Source of the DNA: Candidatus Saccharimonadota bacterium
GTDB taxonomy: Bacteria; Patescibacteriota; Saccharimonadia; Saccharimonadales; CAIOMD01
DNA: 64,000 nucleotides
Assembly: GCA_031973215.1 (NCBI GenBank)
Contig: DALYDK010000001.1
Location: 38,122-102,121 of the forward strand
Direction: 5' to 3'
The position numbers were made by a program, and so were the translations under genes. The notes under the pieces are model-generated. The model saw nothing but the letters and a program-made list of their open reading frames with translations, had not been told where the DNA came from and searched no databases. Positions 17,812 through 26,808 of the stretch are shown in pieces; position 1 is the first letter of the stretch, and each line of letters starts with the position of its first letter.

Positions 17812-18389
17812 TGACTAATCCAAAAAGAATATTACCTAAAAACGCGCGTTTAGTACCTGGTAATGCCAAAAAAGTCTTTTCTGGTGAAATATTCGATATT
17901 TATCAGTGGCAACAACAAATGTTTGACGACTCAATAGCTACGTTCGAAATGGCTAAACGAACTGATACGGTTCAAATTATTGGTATAAATGCCGACAACG
18001 TTATAGTGCTCGATGAAACTCAGCCAGATGGAACTGAAAGGTTTTCTAGCTTACCCGGAGGCAGGGTAGACGATACTGATGACTCCATACTAAAGTCTGC
18101 CCAGAGGGAAATGCTAGAGGAGACCGGCTATTCATTTGGTAACTGGAAGCTCCTTAGTGTTCGTCAACCCCAAAGAAAAATAGAATGGTTCATATATACG
18201 TTTTTAGCTTGGGACATAATCAGCCAACAGCCGCAAACTATTGATGGCGGAGAAAAAATTACAGTCAAAGAATTAAATTGGAAAGATTTTTTAAAGCAGG
18301 GCCCAAAAAACACAATATCTGAGAATAATCTAAACCAATACGCTGATATTCAAGAACTAATTAATGCAGAAGAGTACGTGGGTCAATGA
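17811..18389 (+). CDS. NUDIX hydrolase
   Basis: The Nudix box GGRVDDTDDSILKSAQREMLEETGY is present. The start overlaps the previous stop (TAATG). Confidence 0.85.
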   Translation: MTNPKRILPKNARLVPGNAKKVFSGEIFDIYQWQQQMFDDSIATFEMAKRTDTVQIIGINADNVIVLDETQPDGTERFSSLPGGRVDDTDDSILKSAQREMLEETGYSFGNWKLLSVRQPQRKIEWFIYTFLAWDIISQQPQTIDGGEKITVKELNWKDFLKQGPKNTISENNLNQYADIQELINAEEYVGQ

Positions 18390-19015
18390 TAGTCACAAAG
18401 TACCCGCAAAGTTGTTTACTACTAGAGCATAAAAATAAAAAAATTATCATTGATCCAGGTAGTTTTGTGGCTGAAATGTACAAGCCAGAAATTTTTGGCC
18501 GAATTGATTTAGTTTTAATAACCCACGAGCATTTTGACCACATAAATACTGAATTTTTACAAAAAATTTGTGGTTTATATAAACCAGAAGTTTGGGCAAA
18601 TTCTTCTACGGCTAAATTAATACCAAGCTTAGTCACTACTGAAATAAAGGAAGATTCCAACTTTTATTGGGGCGAAATAAACATAAAAACAATTAATATA
18701 CCACATATGATGTTGCCTAATGGGCAGCCTGGTCCAGAGAATACTGCTTATATCATAGACGATATATTGTTTCACCCTGGAGATGGCATAGGATCGCCCA
18801 ACAGTAAGGTTGAAGTTTTTGCTGCGCCCTTAGCTGGGCCAGATATGAGCCCAAAAAAGGCAGTTGATTATATTAAACTAGTAAATCCTAAAGTAGTCAT
18901 TCCAATTCATTACGATTTTTGGCCAGCAAAACCAGAAATGTGGAGTGGCTTAATAGAGCCTCTTTGTGAGTACAGGTATCTTAAGAACGGAGAATCTTTA
19001 AACCTTGAAAAATAA
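18386..19015 (+). CDS. MBL-fold metallo-hydrolase
   Basis: 209 aa with LVLITHEHFDHIN (the HxHxDH motif). It has an ATGA overlap with the NUDIX gene. Confidence 0.8.
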   Translation: MIVTKYPQSCLLLEHKNKKIIIDPGSFVAEMYKPEIFGRIDLVLITHEHFDHINTEFLQKICGLYKPEVWANSSTAKLIPSLVTTEIKEDSNFYWGEINIKTINIPHMMLPNGQPGPENTAYIIDDILFHPGDGIGSPNSKVEVFAAPLAGPDMSPKKAVDYIKLVNPKVVIPIHYDFWPAKPEMWSGLIEPLCEYRYLKNGESLNLEK

Positions 19016-20294
19016 TAAAATAGTAAAAATTTATATAGATAAACTAGTTCATGGTGGCCAGGGAATTGGAATTTATGAAAATGGCAAAAAGTGCTTTGTT
19101 TGGGGTGCGTTACCGGGCGAAACAGTAGAGGCAGTTATAACAAAATCTCGAAAAGATTATTTAGAAGGATTAGTCGAAAGTGTAATTGAGCCAAGCCAAG
19201 ATAGAATAGAACCAAAAGAACCAGAAATTTATCTTTCCACCAGTCCATGGCAGATAGTTAACTACCTAAAAGAGGCGGTATATAAACAAAAAATTTTAGA
19301 AGAATCTTTTGGCAGAGAAGGGCTTGTCATAGATTGGCAGGACTTTTATCAAGATGCGCGAGAGTATGGCTATCGTAATAAAATGGAATATAACTTTTGG
19401 TTCGACAAAGATACTTCTAGGGTCAGTCTAGCTCTTCATAAAAGAGGTAGCCATTTAAAAATACCGGTAAACGGCAGCCTACTAGCTTCGGATCGTATTA
19501 ATACGGTTAGCCAAGAACTCATTGAATTTATAAATGAAAAAAATATAGAGGGACGTCAATTAAAAAGTGTAATTATTAGAAGTTGCGCCTCTGGTTATGT
19601 GGGTCTGAGTGTTTTTGTAAAAGATAAAAAAATAGTCGACCTCTTTGATGATTTTAGTATTGAAAACAGTGGTCTAGAGATTATTTATTCCGATCCAAAA
19701 AGTCCTGCATCGGTAGCTACAGAGCTGTTGTATAGTAACCAAGATCTACTGACAGACCATCTAAACGGAATTGATTTTAAATACTCAACAAGGTCGTTTT
19801 TTCAGGTAAATTTGCCAGTATATGAACAAGTATTAGGCAAAATTAAAAAATACCTTAGCTCTATTTCTAGAAATACGGTGATAGATTTATATTCAGGGGT
19901 AGGCAGCATAGGTTTAACGGTTGTAGGTAATAACGAACAGTTAATCATGATAGAAACAGATGCCGAAGCTTCTGCCCAGGCGCAAGAAAATATAAAATCA
20001 ACAAAATATCAAAGAATGATAACCGCTAGCGCCGAGGAATCTATTAGCTATATAACGGGGAAAGAAACCATCATTGTTGACCCACCTAGAGCAGGTCTAC
20101 ACAGCAAAGTTAGATCCAGGCTCATTGAGGTTAAGCCCAAAGAAATAATATATTTAAGTTGCAACCCTTCTACCCAGGCTAGAGATGTCAAAGAGCTTAT
20201 AGATGCTGGCTATAAAATAACCAGCGCCCAAGGTTTTAACTTTTTCCCGCGGACTCCTCATATTGAAAGCTTAATCATTTTAAGTCACAATTAG
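19005..20294 (+). CDS. TRAM-domain RNA (uracil-5-)-methyltransferase, RlmD/TrmA family
   Basis: 429 aa. It has an N-terminal TRAM-like OB fold, the SAM motif DLYSGVGSIGL, DPPRAGL, and the catalytic Cys in YLSCNPSTQARD. Confidence 0.85.
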   Translation: MKNNKIVKIYIDKLVHGGQGIGIYENGKKCFVWGALPGETVEAVITKSRKDYLEGLVESVIEPSQDRIEPKEPEIYLSTSPWQIVNYLKEAVYKQKILEESFGREGLVIDWQDFYQDAREYGYRNKMEYNFWFDKDTSRVSLALHKRGSHLKIPVNGSLLASDRINTVSQELIEFINEKNIEGRQLKSVIIRSCASGYVGLSVFVKDKKIVDLFDDFSIENSGLEIIYSDPKSPASVATELLYSNQDLLTDHLNGIDFKYSTRSFFQVNLPVYEQVLGKIKKYLSSISRNTVIDLYSGVGSIGLTVVGNNEQLIMIETDAEASAQAQENIKSTKYQRMITASAEESISYITGKETIIVDPPRAGLHSKVRSRLIEVKPKEIIYLSCNPSTQARDVKELIDAGYKITSAQGFNFFPRTPHIESLIILSHN

Positions 20295-20295
20295 C

Positions 20296-20324
20296 TTGAA
20301 TTAACAGGTTAAATCTGCTAAGAT
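20296..20324 (+). promoter_or_regulatory. Candidate sigma70-type promoter (TTGAAT-N17-TAAGAT)
   Basis: Hexamers at 20296-20301 and 20319-20324 with a 17-nt spacer. It lies just upstream of the GC-richer 20.33-20.84 kb segment. Confidence 0.35.
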
Positions 20325-20342
20325 AATATAGACCTGAAAGGG

Positions 20343-20582
20343 GTGAAAATAATGGTAACAGCTCCTGTTATCGTTGTCATCGTTGCAGTGCTGCTTTCTC
20401 TAGCAGCCATCTTTGTACAAAAAAGAACCGGACCAGCCCAAACTACAAAAGGCACCTACTCGGTGCTTGTACTAAAGGGTCGGCCGAAAATGAAGGCCAC
20501 AACTTCTGGTGCGGTAGAAATGCTTAGCCACCCTAGTAGTGTGAGCCTTGCTAAGAAGCCATCTCACATAGGAATGAGGTGA
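20343..20582 (+). CDS. Questionable small membrane protein (76-79 aa)
   Basis: It has an N-terminal TM-like stretch (VTAPVIVVIVAVLLSLAAIFV) and an AAGGGG Shine-Dalgarno-like sequence before the ATG at 20352. However, it lies in a GC-rich, hairpin-dense region that may be non-coding. Confidence 0.3.
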   Translation: MKIMVTAPVIVVIVAVLLSLAAIFVQKRTGPAQTTKGTYSVLVLKGRPKMKATTSGAVEMLSHPSSVSLAKKPSHIGMR

Positions 20583-20835
20583 ACGAAATGAAGTTCATTT
20601 GGCTCTTTTTTGTGTCAGATGCCGCTCAAAAGCGGCGTTTTGACAGAGCTCAGGCGCAGATCCACCATCTGCCTCGCCGAGACTGCTCGTAAAAAAGCAG
20701 CAATCTGAAGGCATGGGAGGGCTCATTAGTTTTGAGCCCCCCAGCCTTCGGTAAAACCCTTTTTATAACATGGTTGCCGCACAAGTAGGCCTAAATAAGT
20801 GTGTAGTTTTTGCACGGGCCCAGTGCGGCTTTTTC
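20583..20835 (+). ncRNA. Hairpin-dense GC-richer segment ending in an intrinsic terminator (candidate sRNA or structured 3' UTR)
   Basis: It contains consecutive stems. These include TGTCAGATGCCGCT-caaa-AGCGGCGTTTTGACA, GCAGAT-ccacc-ATCTGC, and CTGAAGGC..GGGAGGGCTCA-ttagtttt-TGAGCCCCCC..GCCTTCGG. The terminal stem GCCGCAC...GTGCGGC is followed by TTTTT (20831-20835). Confidence 0.35.
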
Positions 20836-20887
20836 ATAGCTCTAAAATAGACAAAATGCTTAAAATATGCTATTATATATAATTATA

Positions 20888-21715
20888 ATGGAAAAAGATA
20901 AAAAACTAACTGAGCCTACTGACGATACAACTAGCAACATAATTCAAAATCTTCTGGCCGATCCCGAGGCCGTTGCTAATAGGTTAAATCAGTTGCTAGA
21001 GGGTTCATCGGAATCACGTGTTTTAGCCGGTGATAAAATTTCATATACAGAATTTATTAAGCCAACCATTGGTGTTATTTCAGAATCTCAACTTTTATCT
21101 AAGCCGTATTATTTAGATGATTTTTCTGTTTATCAGGAAATTCCAGAGATTCTTGCGGAAATTTCAAGCAAGGTCGAGTCTTTGAATATTCCTGCTGAGA
21201 CCACAAGGATTTTTAATATTGTATTTCATACAGTACAGCAGGCGCAGTTTATGTATTTTAATCATTCACTGGGTGGCTCCGAAGCCGCCGAAAAACGAGC
21301 TAGTTTGCTTGCCGATATTATTGAATTTGACGCAGAAAATGATGATGTGAGCGACGAGGATAAACCAGTTTCAATTCAAGACCTAAAAGAAGCTGCCTTA
21401 TGTATGGAAAGAGCTGTAGTTTGTCACAATTTATTTAAATTTTTCGGGATAGACTCTACCCTTAAAACAGGCAGATTAGAATCAGATGACGGCTTTGAAT
21501 ATCATGCATGGGTTGAATTCTACAGAGAAGATGGACAGCGTTATCTGTATGACCCAACAAATCCTCATATAATAATTAGCGAAAGCGGCTCAGTTATTAA
21601 CATAAAGCCTATGCTTATTAAAATTGATAGTCAGGGGGGTCCTGTTACGACCTCATGGAAAACCCTAAGAGAAGATGGTACTGTTATCAGAGAAAAACAA
21701 CTCCAGTACTTTTAA
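20888..21715 (+). CDS. Transglutaminase-like cysteine protease-fold protein
   Basis: It has a Cys-His-Asp core pattern: AALCMERAVVCHNLFKFFGI...EYHAWVEFY...RYLYDPTN. The start is uncertain (ATG at 20867 or 20888). Confidence 0.65.
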   Translation: MEKDKKLTEPTDDTTSNIIQNLLADPEAVANRLNQLLEGSSESRVLAGDKISYTEFIKPTIGVISESQLLSKPYYLDDFSVYQEIPEILAEISSKVESLNIPAETTRIFNIVFHTVQQAQFMYFNHSLGGSEAAEKRASLLADIIEFDAENDDVSDEDKPVSIQDLKEAALCMERAVVCHNLFKFFGIDSTLKTGRLESDDGFEYHAWVEFYREDGQRYLYDPTNPHIIISESGSVINIKPMLIKIDSQGGPVTTSWKTLREDGTVIREKQLQYF

Positions 21716-21753
21716 ATTAATTTAGTGACTATCGGGTTGTATAATAGTCATTA

Positions 21754-22998
21754 ATGAAGAATGACAAACATTTTTTTTGGGGCGCGAGTACAGCGGCTCA
21801 TCAGGTAGAGGGTGGTACTCATAACCAGTGGTCTGTTTGGGAGCTCGCTCATGCTAAACATCAGGCAAATACGGCTGAGGCCAGACTTGGTTATCTTAAA
21901 AACTGGGAAAATATAAAAAGCCAAGCAGAAAATCCAGAAAATTATGTTTCTGGCCGTGGAGTTGATCATTTTAATAGGTACGAAGAAGATTTTGACATAT
22001 TAAAGCAATTAAATTTGAACAGCTTTCGTTTCACCATAGAGTGGTCCCGCTTGGAGCCAATAAAAGGCGAATGGGACAAAGAGGCCTTCGATCATTATAA
22101 AAGATACATAAAAGCTTTAAATGACAGGGGTATAGAACCTTTTTTGAACATTTGGCACTGGACTGTCCCGGTTTGGTTTGCGGAAGAGGGTGGTTTTTTA
22201 AAAAGAGCAAATATTAAATATTTCGAACGATTAGTACTAAAAGTCGCCGATGAGCTCCTGGGTGGTGTAAATTTTGTTATTACCCTAAATGAACCTAATG
22301 TCTACATTGGAATAAGCTATAGCGAGGGGCAGTGGCCTCCGCAGGAAAAAAGCCTAATTAAAGCGGTTTGGGTTTACAACAACCTTAAAATTGCCCACAA
22401 AAAAGCCTATAGAATACTAAAAAATAAAAAACCTTCAATTCAGGTTGGTGTTGCGCAGCAGCTAGCAAACATTGAACCTCTGCGCCCTGGCAACTGGTAC
22501 GACGAAGTTTCTGTTAAAACTATGCGATACTTCTGGAACTGGTGGTTTTTAAACCGTATTAAAAAACAACAAGATTTTGTTGGATTTAACTATTATTTCA
22601 CAGACTATTACAAGGGCTTTAGGCGCACAAATCCGTCTAAACCGGTTAATGATATGGGCTGGTACATGAACGCGGCCGGAATTTTGCCGTTAATGCAGAG
22701 GATTGCGTATCATTACCCAGGTAAGCCGATTTATATAACCGAAAACGGGGTAGCCGATGCCGATGATAAATTTAGAAAAGGCTGGATTGCCGAAACTATG
22801 GAAGCAATAGAAACTGCCAAAACCCAGAATGTACCCATCAAGGGCTATTTCCATTGGAGCTTACTAGATAATTTTGAGTGGTCTTACGGATGGTGGCCAA
22901 AGTTTGGACTTGTTGAAGTTGACCGAAAAACTATGAAAAGAAAAGTCCGTAGAAGCGCTTTATGGTGGGCGACATATATTGACAAAAACAAGCATTAG
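21754..22998 (+). CDS. Glycoside hydrolase family 1 beta-glucosidase
   Basis: 414 aa. It has FFWGASTAAHQVEG, the acid/base motif TLNEPN and the nucleophile motif YITENG. Confidence 0.9.
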   Translation: MKNDKHFFWGASTAAHQVEGGTHNQWSVWELAHAKHQANTAEARLGYLKNWENIKSQAENPENYVSGRGVDHFNRYEEDFDILKQLNLNSFRFTIEWSRLEPIKGEWDKEAFDHYKRYIKALNDRGIEPFLNIWHWTVPVWFAEEGGFLKRANIKYFERLVLKVADELLGGVNFVITLNEPNVYIGISYSEGQWPPQEKSLIKAVWVYNNLKIAHKKAYRILKNKKPSIQVGVAQQLANIEPLRPGNWYDEVSVKTMRYFWNWWFLNRIKKQQDFVGFNYYFTDYYKGFRRTNPSKPVNDMGWYMNAAGILPLMQRIAYHYPGKPIYITENGVADADDKFRKGWIAETMEAIETAKTQNVPIKGYFHWSLLDNFEWSYGWWPKFGLVEVDRKTMKRKVRRSALWWATYIDKNKH

Positions 22999-23007
22999 TA
23001 GTATAAT

Positions 23008-23238
23008 ATGTATATGAGTAATCTAAATTCTTCATCTCCAATCCTAGATAGACGACTAAGCAAAGACCCCTCCTATAGTGGTGGGTGGCTTGAAAGAAAC
23101 GGCGGTAAGTTATTAACCGGTTTGTTGGTGGGAGCTACTGCACTTAGTTTATTTTTTAACGGAAGCCATCGGTACGATAGCAATAATGATAGCGTCAGAC
23201 CAAATGTTAAGATTAGTTCAGAAGATAACAATAGATAA
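23008..23238 (+). CDS. Small hypothetical membrane protein (76 aa)
   Basis: It has a single hydrophobic segment (LLTGLLVGATALSLFF). Support for the ORF is weak. Confidence 0.35.
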   Translation: MYMSNLNSSSPILDRRLSKDPSYSGGWLERNGGKLLTGLLVGATALSLFFNGSHRYDSNNDSVRPNVKISSEDNNR

Positions 23239-23320
23239 TCAGAAATATTAGTTGACAAATTTATAACGCGGGCGTATACCAGATGTATAGCTCGATTATA
23301 AACATAGAAAGGTCTATAAA

Positions 23321-23623
23321 ATGTCATTCGAAACCATGCCCAGTGCTGATATTGTTGATTTAAGAGTTGAACAAGACACTTACCAAGGTCAGCCCCAACA
23401 CGATACTCAACCAGGTGTTGACCTACAAAGATGGGGTTCTATTGTTGCGTCTTTTCAAGGTGATCCTGCAACTGTTGATGCTAACGGTAATGTCTGGAGG
23501 GGTAGAGAAGCTCAGCGAGAAATCAACCCAAGAGCAGAACAGTTTTTACAGGACTATTATAAGAGTCTTTTAAGACAAATAGTAGTGGTTGACTCTGAGG
23601 CGCGAGGTTGGAGATTCTGGTAG
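23321..23623 (+). CDS. Hypothetical protein (100 aa)
   Basis: The ORF is preceded by TTGACA-N17-TATACC (about 23252-23280). An overlapping alternative-frame ORF at 23367..23573 is less likely. Confidence 0.45.
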   Translation: MSFETMPSADIVDLRVEQDTYQGQPQHDTQPGVDLQRWGSIVASFQGDPATVDANGNVWRGREAQREINPRAEQFLQDYYKSLLRQIVVVDSEARGWRFW

Positions 23624-23671
23624 AATATTATCATTCATTTTTAGAACTATAGATTATAATTGGTCCTATTG

Positions 23672-24670
23672 ATGGATTTAAGTGTTAACAAGAATATTGT
23701 AGTTATTGGTGGCGGCACTGGAAGTTTTACGGTTCTTAGTGGTCTAAAAAAATACACAAGTAATTTAACTGCAATTGTTAATATGGCAGATGATGGTGGT
23801 TCAACCGGCCAACTCAGAGATGAGCTCGGGGTTCTGCCGCCAGGAGATGTTAGGCAATGTTTAGTTGCGTTATCGTCTAGCCCTAAGCTTAGAGACCTCT
23901 TTAATTATCGTTTTACAGGTGGCTCATTTGAGGGACATGCTTTTGGAAATTTATTTTTAACTGCGCTAGAAAAAATGACGGGTAGTTTTGCCGAGGCTGT
24001 AGATATTGCCGACGAAGTTCTTAGGGTAAAGGGCAGGGTTGTGCCAATTACTTTAGAGAACGTTCAATTGGTGATGAAAAAGCCTGGTAGCCAAGATATT
24101 ATTGGTGAATATAAAATTGGCAATATGGCGTTCAAAATTAACGAACAAAGACCAATATTAGAGCTAAGTCCAAGAGCTGATATTAACCCAGATGCCAGGC
24201 AAGCAATTATCGATGCAGATTTTATTGTTATTGCTCCAGGTAATTTATATGGCAGTTTGGCGCCTGCTTTGTTAGTAGACGGTGTTGAAGATGCTTTATT
24301 GCAGACTAGAGCAAAAGTTCTGTATGTTTGCAATCTTGTTACTAAGCCAGGACAAACAGATAACTTTTCTGTGAATGATTTTGCCGGAGAAATAGAGAGG
24401 TTTATGAAGGGTAGGCGCCTAGATATTGTTTTATATAACACCAAGGCTCCAGAGAAAAGGCTTCTGAATAAATATCAAACAGACCATGAATATTTAGTTA
24501 GAGTTGACAAAGACCTATTGGCTAACAGCCATTTTAGGGCCGTTGGGACAAGTTTAATATCTAATAAAGAAGTAGTTCATGATGAGCACGATAAAATATC
24601 AGCCGGTAGATCTCTTATTCGTCATGACAGTGACATTTTGGCAAAAGAAATAATTAAGCTAATTGACTAA
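23672..24670 (+). CDS. yvcK: YvcK/CofD-family gluconeogenesis factor-like protein
   Basis: It contains NIVVIGGGTGSFTVLSGLKKY...NMADDGGSTGQLRDELGVLPPGDVRQC. The ATG at 23672 is 12 nt after a TATAAT box (23655-23660). Confidence 0.85.
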   Translation: MDLSVNKNIVVIGGGTGSFTVLSGLKKYTSNLTAIVNMADDGGSTGQLRDELGVLPPGDVRQCLVALSSSPKLRDLFNYRFTGGSFEGHAFGNLFLTALEKMTGSFAEAVDIADEVLRVKGRVVPITLENVQLVMKKPGSQDIIGEYKIGNMAFKINEQRPILELSPRADINPDARQAIIDADFIVIAPGNLYGSLAPALLVDGVEDALLQTRAKVLYVCNLVTKPGQTDNFSVNDFAGEIERFMKGRRLDIVLYNTKAPEKRLLNKYQTDHEYLVRVDKDLLANSHFRAVGTSLISNKEVVHDEHDKISAGRSLIRHDSDILAKEIIKLID

Positions 24671-24734
24671 TTTTTGACAGACCAAATTAGGGGGAGTACA
24701 GTGGATGTATAAACCTTAAACGAAGGAGACAAAA

Positions 24735-24911
24735 ATGACACAAACATTAGAACACCTTGATTATTCTATGGTGACTGATAGTGAAATGGAGTTAATTACT
24801 AGGAATATGGCAACTCTGGTATTATTGTCGCCTGAAATTAATATAGACGCAGAGAGAGAAAAGCCGGAATATAATGACAGGCTTGGAACTTTTGTGCTTG
24901 GCTACAGCTAA
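24735..24911 (+). CDS. Small ORF (58 aa) not in the supplied track
   Basis: The ATG is preceded by AAGGAG 7 nt upstream. The ORF MTQTLEHLDYSMVTDSEMELITRNMATLVLLSPEINIDAEREKPEYNDRLGTFVLGYS is followed by a terminator. Confidence 0.45.
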   Translation: MTQTLEHLDYSMVTDSEMELITRNMATLVLLSPEINIDAEREKPEYNDRLGTFVLGYS

Positions 24912-24932
24912 AATATAGTTTAACTAAACTAA

Positions 24933-24970
24933 AACACTCCTCTCATTAGCAAGGGGAGTGTTTTAATTTA
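24933..24970 (+). terminator. Rho-independent terminator
   Basis: ACACTCCTC-tcattagcaa-GGGGAGTGT followed by TTTTAATTT. Confidence 0.6.
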
Positions 24971-25063
24971 TGTCTAATACGCTATATATGGTGTAGGGTG
25001 AACGGCATGCGAACGAAATGTGGAAAAGCAAGTAATAACTTAACAAAAATATAAAAAAAGTAC

Positions 25064-25116
25064 TTGCAGTGGGTAGTTGTGGGTAGTATTATCTAGTCAG
25101 TGGGTAGCAGTGGGTA
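25064..25116 (+). promoter_or_regulatory. mraZ/dcw promoter overlapped by four GTGGGTA direct repeats (candidate MraZ boxes)
   Basis: The promoter is TTGCAG (25064-25069)-N17-TATTAT (25087-25092). GTGGGTA occurs at 25069, 25079, 25100 and 25110, giving spacings of 10, 21 and 10 bp. The region lies 43 nt upstream of the mraZ ATG. Confidence 0.65.
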
Positions 25117-25158
25117 ACACCACCACAAAACAAAAACACCACTAAAAAGCAGATTAAT

Positions 25159-25518
25159 ATGGCCACCGTAGACTATTTCGAAAGGAAGCTTGACGACAAG
25201 CGAAGGTTGACAATACCAGCCGAAATTCGAAACGAGTTCAAAAGCGGTGTAGTCGTGACCCGCGGCTTTGGCAAGTATCTGCATATGTACTCGCAAGATG
25301 TTTGGGACCAAAAAGTAGAGCCCGAACTTAAAGGTCATATCCTTGATGAAAGGACGGCCGACTTAAATGTGCAGTTTCGCACAGGTAAGGTTGCGACTAC
25401 GCTCGATGAAAAACAGGGAAGATTCACCCTCGAGCTGCACCACATCGAGTATGCAGAAATAGACAAAGAAGTTGTAGCGGTCAGAGCCGGAGCCTATTGG
25501 CGCATCCAGGCAAAATAA
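25159..25518 (+). CDS. mraZ: Transcriptional regulator MraZ
   Basis: 119 aa. LDDKRRLTIPAEIRNEF and a second LDEKQGRFTL repeat give the double SpoVT-AbrB pattern. It is the first gene of the dcw cluster. Confidence 0.9.
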   Translation: MATVDYFERKLDDKRRLTIPAEIRNEFKSGVVVTRGFGKYLHMYSQDVWDQKVEPELKGHILDERTADLNVQFRTGKVATTLDEKQGRFTLELHHIEYAEIDKEVVAVRAGAYWRIQAK

Positions 25519-25551
25519 TTTGCTTTCACCTTAACAATTTAAAAACAAAAA

Positions 25552-25581
25552 ACCGAATCGACTCGAGATTAGCGATTCGGT
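25552..25581. other. Perfect 9-bp stem-loop in the mraZ-rsmH spacer
   Basis: ACCGAATCG-12 nt-CGATTCGGT. It is preceded by an A-run, so it would be terminator-like only on the minus strand. Confidence 0.5.
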
Positions 25582-25844
25582 AGTCAACAAGTTGCAAAGG
25601 GCCCAACTATAAAAGACCCTCGTACCTTACTTAACTCAAAACACCTCCCAAAACTCCACCTCACACATAAGTCTCTCAAACTTTTTAACGACACCAATTG
25701 GCATTAAAGCAAATTTTTCAAATTCGCGTTTGAAGTATGAGCGTCAATGATCAGGATCGTTAAACCAACAAAAACAAAAACAACAAAAAAACAAAAACAG
25801 TTGGCTACTGAATCGGTGACCTTGCAAAAACAAAAACAAACACT

Positions 25845-26741
25845 ATGCATGAACCAGTATTAATTAAAGAAGTTATAGCTATACTCAAACCTCAGATGGG
25901 TGAGTCTCTATTAGATGCGACAGCAGGCTATGGGGGTCATTCGTCTGAAATTTTGAGTATAACGAACAGCTACACTGAATCAGTGCTGGTTGATCGCGAC
26001 AAAAAGGCAATAGATTATTTGACCTCCAAGTTTGCTAGCAATGGTACAAAATTTATGCGGATGGATTTTGTGTCAGCTGCGAAAAAGCTAGCAAACGAGG
26101 ATCGTCAGTTTGATCTAATAATAGCCGACTTGGGCGTATCGTCACCGCACCTTGATATAGCGAGTCGTGGGTTTAGCTTCAAGCATGAAGGACCTTTGGA
26201 CATGAGAATGGATCAATCTCAGGATTTAACCGCTGAGATAATCGTAAATACTTGGCCAGAGGAAAAAATTGCTTACATACTAAAAGTGTATGGAGAAGAA
26301 CCCATGAGTAGAAAGATTGCTAAGAGCATTATTGAGGGTAGGCCTTTTGGCAGTACTACTCAACTCGCACAAAACATTGCTGCGGCAGTAAATAGAAAAG
26401 GTAGCAAAAAGCATCCTGCAACTAAGTCATTCCAGGGTCTTCGGATAGCTGTGAACAATGAACTCTTGTTGCTAGAGCAGGCTCTTCCTATATGGCTTAA
26501 GCTTCTTAAGCCGGGTGGAAGAATAGGTATAATAACTTTCCATAGCCTTGAAGATAGAATCGTTAAGAATTATTTCAAGGAAAAATCAGGGGATAGGTAT
26601 GATGCCGAACTAAGCCTAGTTACTAAAAATCCTATTACTGCAACCAGCGAAGAATTAGACCTTAATCCGCGATCTAGAAGCGCAAAGCTTCGGGTCGCCG
26701 CAAAAATAAAAACAACAGAAAGGGCCAGTGATGCGAATTAA
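25845..26741 (+). CDS. rsmH: 16S rRNA (cytosine1402-N4)-methyltransferase
   Basis: MHEPVLIKEVI...LLDATAGYGGHS...DLGVSSPHLD...FHSLEDRIVK are canonical RsmH motifs. Confidence 0.95.
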   Translation: MHEPVLIKEVIAILKPQMGESLLDATAGYGGHSSEILSITNSYTESVLVDRDKKAIDYLTSKFASNGTKFMRMDFVSAAKKLANEDRQFDLIIADLGVSSPHLDIASRGFSFKHEGPLDMRMDQSQDLTAEIIVNTWPEEKIAYILKVYGEEPMSRKIAKSIIEGRPFGSTTQLAQNIAAAVNRKGSKKHPATKSFQGLRIAVNNELLLLEQALPIWLKLLKPGGRIGIITFHSLEDRIVKNYFKEKSGDRYDAELSLVTKNPITATSEELDLNPRSRSAKLRVAAKIKTTERASDAN

Positions 26742-26808
26742 AGTCTCTGGTCGGTCGGTAGCTCACAAAGTACAAGTTCATGTACTTTAACCACTGACCA
26801 ATTTAGCT

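Noticed and set aside
20331-20620. Possible RNase P RNA or tmRNA. GGGTGAAAATAATGGTAACAGC and GGTGCGGTAGAAATGC..CCACC resemble RNase P CR-II/III, and the segment starts with GGGG.
   Set aside because: There is no GGAAAGUCC-type P4 5' strand with a complementary ACAGAA.CCGGCUUA-type 3' strand on either strand. There is no tRNA-like T-arm (GGTTCGA.TCC), no ACCA 3' end and no plausible tag reading frame. The similarity is confined to one short block.
25552-25581. Intrinsic terminator separating mraZ from rsmH.
   Set aside because: The hairpin is followed by AGTCAAC on the plus strand, with no U-run. The A-run lies upstream, so it would terminate only antisense transcription. It is kept as a structural element of unknown role.
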